Part shown: one piece after another, positions 11,768 to 22,379 of the stretch
Position numbering within the stretch: the stretch's first letter is position 1
Layout of the letters: the number at the start of each line of letters is the position of its first letter
NCBI GenBank assembly: GCA_019828565.1
Contig: JAHDYR010000064.1
Location: 789,162 to 853,161, forward strand
Direction: 5' to 3'
DNA length: 64,000 nt
From: Carpediemonas membranifera BICM
Lineage: Eukaryota > Protista > Fornicata
The notes under the pieces: generated by a model
What the model saw: only the letters and a program-made list of their open reading frames with translations
Told to the model about the DNA's origin: nothing
Database searches by the model: none
Program-made: the position numbers and the translations under genes

Positions 11768-12691
11768 ATGAAGTTCATCATCGCCTTGGCTGTTATTGCC
11801 CTCGCTTTCGCCCAGCTCACAGAGCGTGAAGCTGAGATGATCCGCCAAACTAGCCCTTCCTTCCAGGTTTGTGGCCGTACGCCATTCGTTCCTCACATAG
11901 GTCGGCATCCACGAGAAGTTCGTCGGCAAGTCCGATTGGGAGCTCTCCCGCATGGTCATGCGCACCATCCCCGCTCGCCGCCCCCGCATGTTCGCCGAGT
12001 CCACCTTCGAGCTCGACTATACTCTTCCCGAGTCCTTCGATTCCCGCGACAAGTGGGGTGCTTCCTGCCCCACCGTCAAGGAGATCCGTAACCAGGCCCA
12101 GTGCGGCTCCTGCTGGGCCTTCGGCGCCGCTGAGTCCTCATCCGACCGCTACTGCATCGCCAAGGGCGAGTCCGTGAAGTTCTCCGCTCAGTGGCTTGTT
12201 TCCTGCGACCACACCGATCACGGCTGCAACGGCGGTGCCATGTACAACGTCTGGAACTACATCAAGAACTACGGTATCGTCCCCAACTCTTGCCTTTCCT
12301 ACAAGTCCGCCCAGGGTGACGTGCCCGCCTGCCCCTCCACCTGCGAGGACGGCTCCGCCCCCAGAAGTACTACGCTACTTCTTTCAAGCAGCTCGGCTCC
12401 GTTGAGGAGATCCAGGACGAGATCTACAACTACGGCCCCATCGAGGCTGCTTTCATCGTTTATCGTGATTTCTACTACTACACCTCCGGTGTCTACCACC
12501 ACACCTCCGGCCAGGAGATGGGCGGCCACGCCATCAAGATCATCGGCTGGGGCGTTGAGGACAACACTCCCTACTGGACTGTCGCCAACTCCTGGGGCTA
12601 TGACTGGGGTATCGGTGGCACCTTCAAGATCAAGCGCGGTGTTGATGAGTGCGGCATCGAGAGCCTCGGCCCCATGGCTGGCCACTTCTAA
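11768..12691 (+). pseudogene. Cathepsin B-like protease, duplicate copy with a 1-bp frameshift (possibly an assembly error); intron 11867-11900
   Basis: Matches 13926-14850 except C5 instead of C6 at about 12358-12362. Confidence 0.8.
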
Positions 12692-13925
12692 GCTTGTAAA
12701 CTGAATACCATCATTTTTTCTTTCAGCACCAGTCTTCTTCGACTAGCTCGAATTCAAGTGAAGTTTCATGTTCTTTTGTGTTTGATCACACAAATACTGC
12801 CTCCGGGTAGTTTTTAGATCCAACCGATTTTTTCAGACCGGGGACTTCTTTCCTCGACTTGTTCTTGGAAAAGTCCCCTGAGGTTGCCGCAGCATTGCAC
12901 CCCCCGCCGTGTGCGGCCTCGCTTGTTAATAACATCAGTAACCGCACCTTGTGGAGCTTGGAGAAACACCGCATGCCAGTGCAACACTGTGTTCACTCCG
13001 CACACTTTGAACACCAATTGGAGCCCACTCCGAATAGGAGCTCACAGAGCTTGTCCTCGCGGTCTTACAAGCACTCATTGACACAAATACGCTGTGAGTG
13101 ATCGCCTTGCTTGCTATCTACGTGAATAGACCCAGCCGGTGACATGTGGTCCCGCAAATGTCTCAAGAATGGACGGTTCATTCTAAGTCAGTGTTTTTAG
13201 CGAGTGATTACCTGGCAGGCTGGCATAAGTTTGCCCGCTGGCGGAGTTGAACCGCCATCCTAAGAGTACAATCGAATTTGTTCTTAAACCTTATGTTCTT
13301 CCGTTAAACTAAGCAGGCATTCACCTGATTATGACCGAATCCTAATATTTGTTTCGATCACGTGGAGACACATGCTTCGGTTATGCGACTGTGCAAGGCG
13401 ACTCCACTCCATTCTTAGTCATCAACGCTGTCTGGTGCCATCATGCACAGGGTCGTGGACGGCGGGTAACGCCCACCACAGTGTCTCAGGTGTCATCGTC
13501 GTGTCTTCTGCGGGTGACAATGGCCATCCTAGATTCCCGTCATTTATACTTCGTTGCTGCTCACTAGCCCTCGCCGCTCCCTCGAATCCAGTCGGAGTCC
13601 TCCAGCGGATGTGGGTGGAATTGATTGACGACCAACACTGGCATGCGGTGTTTCTCCAAGCTCCACAAGGTGCGGTTACTGATGTTATTAACAAGCGAGG
13701 CCGCACACGGCGGGGGGTGCAATGCTGCGGCAACCTCAGGGGACTTTTCCAAGAACAAGTCGAGGAAAGAAGTCCCCGGTCTGAAAAAATCGGTTGGATC
13801 TAAAAACTACCCGGAGGCAGTATTTGTGTGATCAAACACAAAAGAACATGAAACTTCACTTGAATTCGAGCTAGTCGAAGAAGACTGGTGCTGAAAGAAA
13901 AAATGATGGTATTCAGTTTACAAGC

Positions 13926-14850
13926 TTAGAAGTGGCCAGCCATGGGGCCGAGGCTCTCGATGCCGCACTCATCAACACCGCGCTTGATCTTGAAGGTGCC
14001 ACCGATACCCCAGTCATAGCCCCAGGAGTTGGCGACAGTCCAGTAGGGAGTGTTGTCCTCAACGCCCCAGCCGATGATCTTGATGGCGTGGCCGCCCATC
14101 TCCTGGCCGGAGGTGTGGTGGTAGACACCGGAGGTGTAGTAGTAGAAATCACGATAAACGATGAAAGCAGCCTCGATGGGGCCGTAGTTGTAGATCTCGT
14201 CCTGGATCTCCTCAACGGAGCCGAGCTGCTTGAAAGAAGTAGCGTAGTACTTCTGGGGGGCGGAGCCGTCCTCGCAGGTGGAGGGGCAGGCGGGCACGTC
14301 ACCCTGGGCGGACTTGTAGGAAAGGCAAGAGTTGGGGACGATACCGTAGTTCTTGATGTAGTTCCAGACGTTGTACATGGCACCGCCGTTGCAGCCGTGA
14401 TCGGTGTGGTCGCAGGAAACAAGCCACTGAGCGGAGAACTTCACGGACTCGCCCTTGGCGATGCAGTAGCGGTCGGATGAGGACTCAGCGGCGCCGAAGG
14501 CCCAGCAGGAGCCGCACTGGGCCTGGTTACGGATCTCCTTGACGGTGGGGCAGGAAGCACCCCACTTGTCGCGGGAATCGAAGGACTCGGGAAGAGTATA
14601 GTCGAGCTCGAAGGTGGACTCGGCGAACATGCGGGGGCGGCGAGCGGGGATGGTGCGCATGACCATGCGGGAGAGCTCCCAATCGGACTTGCCGACGAAC
14701 TTCTCGTGGATGCCGACCTATGTGAGGAACGAATGGCGTACGGCCACAAACCTGGAAGGAAGGGCTAGTTTGGCGGATCATCTCAGCTTCACGCTCTGTG
14801 AGCTGGGCGAAAGCGAGGGCAATAACAGCCAAGGCGATGATGAACTTCAT
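13926..14850 (-). CDS. CTSB: Cathepsin B-like cysteine protease (C1A) with signal peptide; 34-nt intron 14718-14751
   Basis: Signal MKFIIALAVIALAFA; LPESFDSR; QAQCGSCWAF (catalytic Cys); GGHAI (His); ANSWG (Asn); GVDECGIE. No His-His occluding loop. Removing the GTTTG...CATAG intron joins the frames. Confidence 0.93.
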
Positions 14851-15474
14851 GTCCGTTTCAGTATTGTGAGCTTAAGATGCACCGTCTCACCACCTGAGAT
14901 TTGAGCATGATCGCCTGATCCATCTCAATCTCAAAACCGCCTGCGTGTCATCAATTCAGTCTCGACCCGCCCGAGCCCCTGGGGGCTCTGCGGGGGGCGT
15001 TGTCAGACTGGGGACGCGCTCGGGGTCAGGCCTGCCGACGATCCTCGATTCCGACTGTGCGCGCGTGGCGACAGAATATCGGCTGCAGATACGATGAAGA
15101 TGAACTGTGTGGACTCGGGGCAGTCAGTTACCGGCGTTCGAGGGTGTGGCAATGGCTTGATGCATGTCGCAATGGAGCGCGCGCTCTGGCGACAGGACGA
15201 TTGACACATTTATTGCCCTAGCTGTGCTGGTCCCAACCGGCCGAGCCCTCAACCGACTGGCTATCCTGCGCGATGACATTGAATGCAATCTCGGCCGAAA
15301 TGGACAGCTAACGCCTGATGAGCATAAAACGGCGAAAATTCACCAGAACAAGTCAAGAGGAGCGAGAAATCGCGATTGCTGCTGCCAAATTGATCCAGCT
15401 GGGACACAACGCGTCACCGAGTGCCACAGTCGTGCAACGCGTTACCCAATTGCAGAGAAACTGGAAAGAGGTAC

Positions 15475-17504
15475 ATGTCCAAGTCTGGTGCTTTGATCGA
15501 TCGTTTTGCTGAGGATATCAAGCCGAAGCTCGATCTCATCGATCGCCTTCGTGAAGTGGGCCTCGGTCAAATCGGCATCGGTCTGCCACAGATCGCTGTG
15601 GTTGGAGACCAGTCGACTGGTAAGTCTAGCATTCTCGTTCGTCTCGCACTCCCTAGGTTACACAGGAGAGTCTCGCCTGCATCTCCCTTCCTCGCGGTGA
15701 AGGTATCTGCACCAGATGCCCCATCGTCCTTCAGCTTCGGACCAGCGAGGACGATGTGGCTCAGGTGACCATCGCCTACGAGGACGCCCAGGGCAACAGC
15801 GTTAAGAAGCAATGCAAGGAGCATGAGGTCGACCAGTTCGTCCGCGAGGCCCAGAACGCCATCGCCGGCCACGGTAAGAACGTCATCGACAAGGAGATCA
15901 CCCTCCTCATCGAGTCCAACAAGGTGCCCGACCTCACATTGGTCGACCTGCCCGGCATCGTCCGCGTCGCCACAGAGGGTCAGGATGATGATATCGAGGA
16001 GCTCGTCAAGAACATGATCAAGCGCTACATCAGCAAGGAGGAGACGATCATCCTCGCCGTCTGCCCCGCCACTTCCGACCTCCCAACTGCGGAGTCCATC
16101 AAGATGGCACGCGAGGTCGACCGCAGTGGCTGCCGCACCATCGGTGTCCTCACCAAGGTGGACCAGGTCAACGCCGCCGATCGCGAGAAGATGATCGTCG
16201 AGCCCTGCACCGGCGAAGCCTTGGTGAACCTCTCTCTCGGCTACATCGCCGTCCGCAACAGAAGCTCCCAGGACCTGAAGAACAACATGTCCTACGAGAA
16301 GGCTTTTGAGGTCGAGAACGCCTTCTTCACGAAGCCCGAGTTTTCCAGGCTCAAGCCCACGATGTTCGGCCGCGACGCCCTCGCGATGAAGCTGACTGAG
16401 ATCCTTTCTGACCGCGTCAGTGAAAAGCTCCCCGACCTGAAGAAGGAGATCGCCAACCAGCTCGAGCAGGTCGCTTCTGAGCTGCAGGACCCCCGCTTCT
16501 CGAACGTCCCCCCTGAGGATGCACAGGGCCGCCGCTTCGTCCTGATGAAGATCCTCAACGACTCTGTCGCTGAGATCCGCGCCGTCCTTCAGCAGCAGAA
16601 CGCGGTGAAGCTTGACGGAAATTACCGCTGCCGCGACTTCTTCAATGCGATGGCGGATCTCTCCAAGATCATTCATGCTAACTCTGTTGACTTCACGATG
16701 GACCTTGAAGACGAGGAGTTCAAGGAGAAGATCCAAGAAGCACGCCTCGCGACAGCCGGCATGGGCGCCGGGGTGGGCAACTACCTCAGCCACCAGGCCG
16801 CTATGCCCTTCGTCCGTTACTATCTTGACTCCATCCGCGACGCCATCGACACCGCCATCGAGACTGCTTCAAAGGTTGTGCTCGACACGACTATCGACGC
16901 GATCAAGAGCAAGTGCAACGCCTATCCGCACGCCCGCCAAGTTGTCGAGGAGATGCTGTCTTCCTTCATCGAGGAGACCGCCGACTCCGTTAGAACGTCG
17001 GTATCTAACCTCATCCGCATGGAGCAGTCCGTCATCTACGCCTGCAACGAGAACTACGATAAGGCCCTCGCCCAGCGCATGGCTGACCGCCTTCCCGAGG
17101 CCGACATCTTCAGCGAGAACTTCCAGACGGGCGAGAGGTACTTTGACAAGGCCAAGATGGCCGCTTTCATGGAGGGTCTCAAGAACACCAACGCCAACCT
17201 CGAGCTTAACGACGACGAACGTCTCTACGACAACGTCCAGGTCTACATCTCCCATTGCGGCGACCGCCTAATGGACGCGATTCCTATGAAGATCGCATAC
17301 CACTTTATTCTGCACTGCTGGCAGACTTTCACGGACGACCTCGGGCAGATCAACTCCGAGGGCGCTGACAAGTTCATCGCTGACAAGAAGATCATGACGA
17401 TCATCAAGGAGGACCGCGAGCTGAGGGGCAAGCGCGTGGAGCTGGAGAACACGCGCAAGATCCTCATGGAGAGCAAGCGTGTCATCCGCGAGGAGTTCTT
17501 CTAA
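15475..17504 (+). CDS. Dynamin-family GTPase, Mx-like (666 aa); 29-nt intron 15637-15665
   Basis: G1 LPQIAVVGDQSTGKSS, signature LPRGEGICTRCP (restored by splicing), G3 DLPG, G4 TKVD, stalk and GED; no PH or PRD domain. Confidence 0.93.
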
Positions 17505-17879
17505 TCGGCCAGTAAACTCGGCTTTATTATTCTGATCCTGCCAGAGAGATGGGGCGACCCAACCCGGCAGTTTATAATGGTGGTCCAGGTACTTGCACGC
17601 CAAAACGACATCAAGAGAGAAGTCTGTAAATGTCTGGTTGCGATGACCCGTCGATCCTTCTTGTTCATCCTTCTGCGCCACACACTCGGTAATCTCCAGA
17701 TTTGCATCGATCCGGAATTGTCACTGGACCAGGGGCGGGATCCGGTCTGTTGTGGGCCGGGTGACAGATATTAGAGAACCGAAACCACGAATCCACATCC
17801 GAGATCGACTCAATCTCGAGATTGAGATCTCGGACCGGCAGCGACTCCAAGAAGATAGCACGACACAACCATCCATCCT

Positions 17880-18393
17880 ATGGCAGCCAAGAAGATAAGC
17901 ATCTACAAGGAAGTGAATACTGACGAGGAACTGCTTGAATCTCTTCATACGCAAGGGCTCGCATGCATTGAAATTGCGTCGCAATTCTGGTTTGTCCTTG
18001 TTCTCATCATTCTAACGCAGTGGCTATGCAAAAGCAATGGAACAGACAACACGACGCATATTCATGGATCGAGGCGACAGGCCTATCCATTTTCTCCGCA
18101 TTCTTGCCGAGAACTCGGAGCTCTTCGCTCCTTTGCGCGCAAGGTCAGCTCCTCACTTCGTCATCGTCAAGAACGGGGTCTTTGTCGAGATGTTGACTGG
18201 ACTGGACCCCACGAAGTTCGAGCCTGCTATCCTGAAGTCCGCCCCGGCCTCGCTGGACGACTGTCCTCGAGAGAAAGACCTGCCCCCCTTCGACACCGAT
18301 CATCTTATGCATATAATGAGCGCCCTGGACACACCCAAGCCGCCTGCCGAGTATCTGACCGTCTTTGAGGAGGAGGAAGAAGCCGACGAATAA
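17880..18393 (+). CDS. Thioredoxin-fold protein (NME8/9 or dynein light-chain-like), degenerate active site; 31-nt intron 17990-18020
   Basis: Splicing GTTTG...CTAACGCAG gives IEIASQFCGYAKAM...SAPHFVIVKNG, a Trx fold with CxxA in place of CxxC. Confidence 0.7.
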
Positions 18394-18465
18394 ATGATCC
18401 ATCTGCAGAGAAAGCACATGCCATACAGGCAGAGCAAAATGTCAGAAAGCAAGTATTTACAAGGC

Positions 18466-20388
18466 TCAATCCAGCTCCTCGACAGTGGGAGCACCCTGGC
18501 TCTGGCCTGCACCACCGCCCATGCCGGGCATCCCGCCGGGCATCCCGCCCTGGGGGTTAGAGTAGAGCTTGGTCATGATGGGGGTCGAGACCTGCTCGAG
18601 ATCCTTCTTCTTGGCCTCAAACTCCTCTTTGGTCGCGTCGACGTGGGTGTCAAGCCAGCTCATGACGTTCTTGATCTCAGTGTCGAGCTTGTCCTTGTCC
18701 TCGGCGGAGATCTTGTCCTTGAACTTCTCGTCCTCGATGGTGTTGCGGAGGGAGTAGGCGAAGTTCTCGAGGCCGTTGCGCGCCTCGACCTTCTCGCGGA
18801 CCTTCTCATCCTCGGCCTTGAACCGCTCGGCGTCATTGATCATGCGCTCCACATCATCCTTCGACAGGCGATTCTTGTCGTTCGTGATAGTGATCTGCTG
18901 GCGGTTGCCCGAGCTCTTGTCCTCGGCGGTGACCTGGAGGATGCCGTTGGCGTCGATGTCGAAGGATACTTCGATCTTTGGGATACCGCGTGGGGCTGGA
19001 GGGATGCTCGACAGCTCAAATGTGCCAAGTAGATTGTTGTCATGGGTCTTGACACGCTCGCCCTCAAAGACCTGGATCAGCACGGACGTCTGGTTGTCGG
19101 CGAAGGTCGAGAACATCTCCTTGGCGTGCGCGGGGATAGTGGTGTTGCGCTTGATGAGCGTGGTCATCACGCCGCCGGCGGTCTCGATGCCGAGTGAGAG
19201 GGGTGCGACGTCGAGCAGGAGGAGGTCAGAGACCTTCTCGGACTTGTCGCCCGCGAGGATAGCGGCCTGGACAGCGGCGCCGTAGGCGACAGCCTCGTCA
19301 GGGTTGATGTTCTGGCACGGCTGCTTGCCGTTGAAGAAGTCCTTGAGTAGCTGCTGCACCTTGGGAATGCGGGTCGATCCACCAACGAGGATGATTTCGT
19401 GGACGTCTGGCTTCCCAAGCTTGGCGTCGCTGAGCACGCGCTGGACGGGGTCGATGCAGGAACGGAAGAGGGGGCCGCAGAGGTCCTCGAAGCGGGCACG
19501 GGTGATGCTGGAGAAGAAGTCGACGCCCTCGTAGAGAGAGTCGATCTCGATGGCGGCCTGGGTGGAGGAGGACAGGGTGCGCTTGGCGCGCTCGCAGGCG
19601 GTGCGGAGGCGGTGGATCGCGCGTGGGTTGCCGCTGATGTCCATCTTGTGCTTACGCTTGAACTCGGTCACGAAGTGGTTGACCATGAGGTTGTCGAAGT
19701 CCTCGCCGCCGAGGTGAGTGTCACCAGCTGTGGCCTTGACCTCGAAGATGCCCTCGTCGATGGTGAGCAGGGAGACATCGAACGTGCCGCCGCCAAGATC
19801 GAAGATCAGGATGTTCTTCTCACCACCCTTGTTTTGGTCGAGACCGTAAGCGATTGCGGCGGCAGTTGGCTCGTTGATGATGCGGAGGACGTCGAGGCCG
19901 GCGATCAGACCAGCGTCTCGGGTCGAGTTACGCTGGGAGTCGTTGAAGTAAGCCGGAACCGTGATGACGGCCTTCTTGACCTCATGACCGAGGTAGGACT
20001 CGGCCGTCTCTTTCATCTTCCCCAGGACCATGGCGCTGATCTCCTCGGCCTGGAACACCTTCGTCTCACGGAGATACGACACCTGGATCGCCGGCTTGCC
20101 CTCAGGGGTCTCAACAACCTTGTATGGAAGAGTCATCATGTCCTTCTGGACGCGGCTCTCGTTGAAGCGGCAGCCGATGAGGCGCTTCACTCCAAAAACA
20201 GAGTTCGCGACATTCATCGCTGCCTGGTTCGCGGCACTCTCACCAACAAACCTTTCCTCGTCAGTGAAGGCAACAAAGGATGGCGTTGTCCGGCTTCCAT
20301 GTTCATTCGCGATGATCTCGACGCGGTCGTTCATGAACACGCCGACACATGAGTATGTTGTACCAAGATCAATTCCAATGGCCGACAT
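18466..20388 (-). CDS. HSP70: Cytosolic Hsp70
   Basis: [33 protein letters not shown] repeats, C-terminal PTVEELD. Confidence 0.98.
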   Translation of the reverse strand: MSAIGIDLGTTYSCVGVFMNDRVEIIANEHGSRTTPSFVAFTDEERFVGESAANQAAMNVANSVFGVKRLIGCRFNESRVQKDMMTLPYKVVETPEGKPAIQVSYLRETKVFQAEEISAMVLGKMKETAESYLGHEVKKAVITVPAYFNDSQRNSTRDAGLIAGLDVLRIINEPTAAAIAYGLDQNKGGEKNILIFDLGGGTFDVSLLTIDEGIFEVKATAGDTHLGGEDFDNLMVNHFVTEFKRKHKMDISGNPRAIHRLRTACERAKRTLSSSTQAAIEIDSLYEGVDFFSSITRARFEDLCGPLFRSCIDPVQRVLSDAKLGKPDVHEIILVGGSTRIPKVQQLLKDFFNGKQPCQNINPDEAVAYGAAVQAAILAGDKSEKVSDLLLLDVAPLSLGIETAGGVMTTLIKRNTTIPAHAKEMFSTFADNQTSVLIQVFEGERVKTHDNNLLGTFELSSIPPAPRGIPKIEVSFDIDANGILQVTAEDKSSGNRQQITITNDKNRLSKDDVERMINDAERFKAEDEKVREKVEARNGLENFAYSLRNTIEDEKFKDKISAEDKDKLDTEIKNVMSWLDTHVDATKEEFEAKKKDLEQVSTPIMTKLYSNPQGGMPGGMPGMGGGAGQSQGAPTVEELD

Positions 20389-20632
20389 GTGCGTTTGTTG
20401 CTTGTTCTGGTTGCTTTGCTGATTTCTGTGACATGCTTGTCATGACAAACAGTCGCGCAGTTTTGCCAGCTGTAGATGTAAGAAGCTGTGGCGTTTACAG
20501 CTACTGTGTCCAGCAGGCTCATCATCGTGGCATGGCTTGAGACTCGCCCCACAGATCACCGCACGACCATAACATTCAGCGGCTTGCTGCGCGTTGCCTC
20601 ATCACCGCTGTACAATCAACAAGACAAGCATC

Positions 20633-21073
20633 TCATACGGTACTTGTCGCCACGTTGACAATAACCCGAGCCACCGCGGTACCACTGATCACGAAGAGGG
20701 CAACGGCGACATACAAGCAATATACGATGAGGAGAATGCGCTCGATCATGATTATATATGCCTGGAGGACGGCTAGGTAGACACAACACAGGATCGCCAC
20801 GACACCACTGAGGACAGCAACAACGTGGGACGTGATGGCCAGCGGAATGTTGGCTCGCTTGTTGCCGTCATTCGTGAGAATAAAGCGAATTATCTCGGCA
20901 AGAACAAACACAATGAGGATGAAAGTATCGATGTACTGCTCTGGATAGACAGAACTGAGGGTGTAAGACTTCCACCACGCAAGGAGGATGAGGAAGAGAA
21001 CAAAAATGAATGAAATCGGGATCTGTATAGCCCAAAGCATCTGGGATGCCAAGCTGGCATGGATCATGGCCAT
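20633..21073 (-). CDS. TMEM17/TMEM216/TMEM80-like ciliary transition-zone membrane protein
   Basis: 146 aa with four TM helices; ASL..QML and E..RF.L...GN pattern of the Transmemb_17 family. Confidence 0.65.
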   Translation of the reverse strand: MAMIHASLASQMLWAIQIPISFIFVLFLILLAWWKSYTLSSVYPEQYIDTFILIVFVLAEIIRFILTNDGNKRANIPLAITSHVVAVLSGVVAILCCVYLAVLQAYIIMIERILLIVYCLYVAVALFVISGTAVARVIVNVATSTV

Positions 21074-21184
21074 ATTGGCGTAGATTGAGGCCTCAAAATT
21101 TCTAACATAAACTGCACGAACAAAAACGAACCGAGCATTTATGAATGCCTACGAAGCGATAGAGAGTAACCAAGCCACACCCGG

Positions 21185-22075
21185 TCATACCTTTCCCTTG
21201 TACAGGATCTTAAGATGGTCAATCATCTCGTCCACATTCCGGACGCCCGGGTGGACGTTGATCCAGTCCGACGGCTGGTGTGACGTCTTAATGTGGCTGT
21301 ACAGCTGGTCCTTTCGCATGAAACGCTCATTGCATGCAATGCATTCGAATGGCCGCTCTCCCGTGTGGATCCGCTTGTGGAACACGAGGCGTTCCTTGCG
21401 GGCGAAGCTCTTGTTGCACCCCTCAAACTCACAGCGGTACATCTTGTGCGAGTGCACCTCATTCATGTGCCGCCGGAGCTGTGGGTATGTGCCGAACAGC
21501 TTGCCGCACTGCTGGCAACGGTGTCTGAGCTTCGAGTGGCGCTCGTTGAAGTGGGAGACAATGTCGGTGACGTTCTTAGCGTTGTACTGGCACATTGGGC
21601 ACGGGATCTCGAGGGGTGATTCCACGACAGACATTGAGGACTCCGCAAGCGTCTTTCCCATGATCGAGACGTCGTCGACACTAGACTGCGCCTTGGGCTC
21701 GTGTGACTTCGGGAAAACAGTGGTAGTTTGTTGTGTCGACAACAGGGCCAGCATTGGGGGCAGATGTGACGTATTACTGTTGGTAGAAGGGATCTCAATT
21801 GGGGTGGGGTTGATCGGTGGTATTTCTCCGAGACGGGAATTGGCAGGAAGAACGTCCAGCGATACATCCATGTGCGGGGGCAATGGAAGGGGCGGATGAT
21901 TCAATTTCGGGGATCCAAACTGCTCCAAAGTGGAGGGGAGCGTCACATGGCCTAGTTTCGGCGTATGGGAATCAGAAGGGTCCAAAGGAACTCCTCCTAA
22001 ATTCATTCCATGCACGTCATACTTCGGAATATCGGTAAGCTCATTCAATCCAGCTAGCGACGGAGCTGGATTCAT
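21185..22075 (-). CDS. C2H2 zinc-finger transcription factor (4 fingers)
   Basis: CPMC..H..H, CQQC..H..H, CEFEGC..H..H, linker TGERPF, CIAC..H..H. Confidence 0.92.
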   Translation of the reverse strand: MNPAPSLAGLNELTDIPKYDVHGMNLGGVPLDPSDSHTPKLGHVTLPSTLEQFGSPKLNHPPLPLPPHMDVSLDVLPANSRLGEIPPINPTPIEIPSTNSNTSHLPPMLALLSTQQTTTVFPKSHEPKAQSSVDDVSIMGKTLAESSMSVVESPLEIPCPMCQYNAKNVTDIVSHFNERHSKLRHRCQQCGKLFGTYPQLRRHMNEVHSHKMYRCEFEGCNKSFARKERLVFHKRIHTGERPFECIACNERFMRKDQLYSHIKTSHQPSDWINVHPGVRNVDEMIDHLKILYKGKV

Positions 22076-22379
22076 GCAAGCAACCTCTTTCTGGCGAAAA
22101 TGGAGAAAAGCTGCAGAAGAAAATAATCGACTCAGTGCGAGTCAGGCCTTGGAATCAATGGTAAGTATCACGTAGCAGTCTATTTGGCATCGCGATGGGG
22201 CCACTTTCATTTTTTCTTGAAATGAATGGTGGACACGCCGAGTATTACAAAATGTGACATGGGCAAGTACGGCTCCAAATTGTGCACATACAGCCACCTA
22301 TGCGTGTCAACCTAGTGTAGTTGACTCTGGAAAATGAGGCGCGTTTTATCGATAGAACAATCGGCACTTCGTTGAGAGC

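Larger units (their letters stand above)
9039..12981. repeat. Left arm of 3.94-kb inverted duplication (partner 13636-17581)
   Basis: Reverse complement of 13636-17581. The only differences seen by eye are three 1-bp homopolymer deletions. Confidence 0.95.
13636..17581. repeat. Right arm of 3.94-kb inverted duplication
   Basis: Reverse complement of 9039-12981, separated by a 654-bp unique spacer (12982-13635). Confidence 0.95.

Noticed and set aside
12982-13635. Gene or ncRNA in the palindrome spacer
   Set aside because: Only short ORFs with no motifs, and no structure I can support.
18466-18490. Hsp70 ending EELD instead of EEVD
   Set aside because: A conservative variant seen in other cytosolic Hsp70s; not notable alone.
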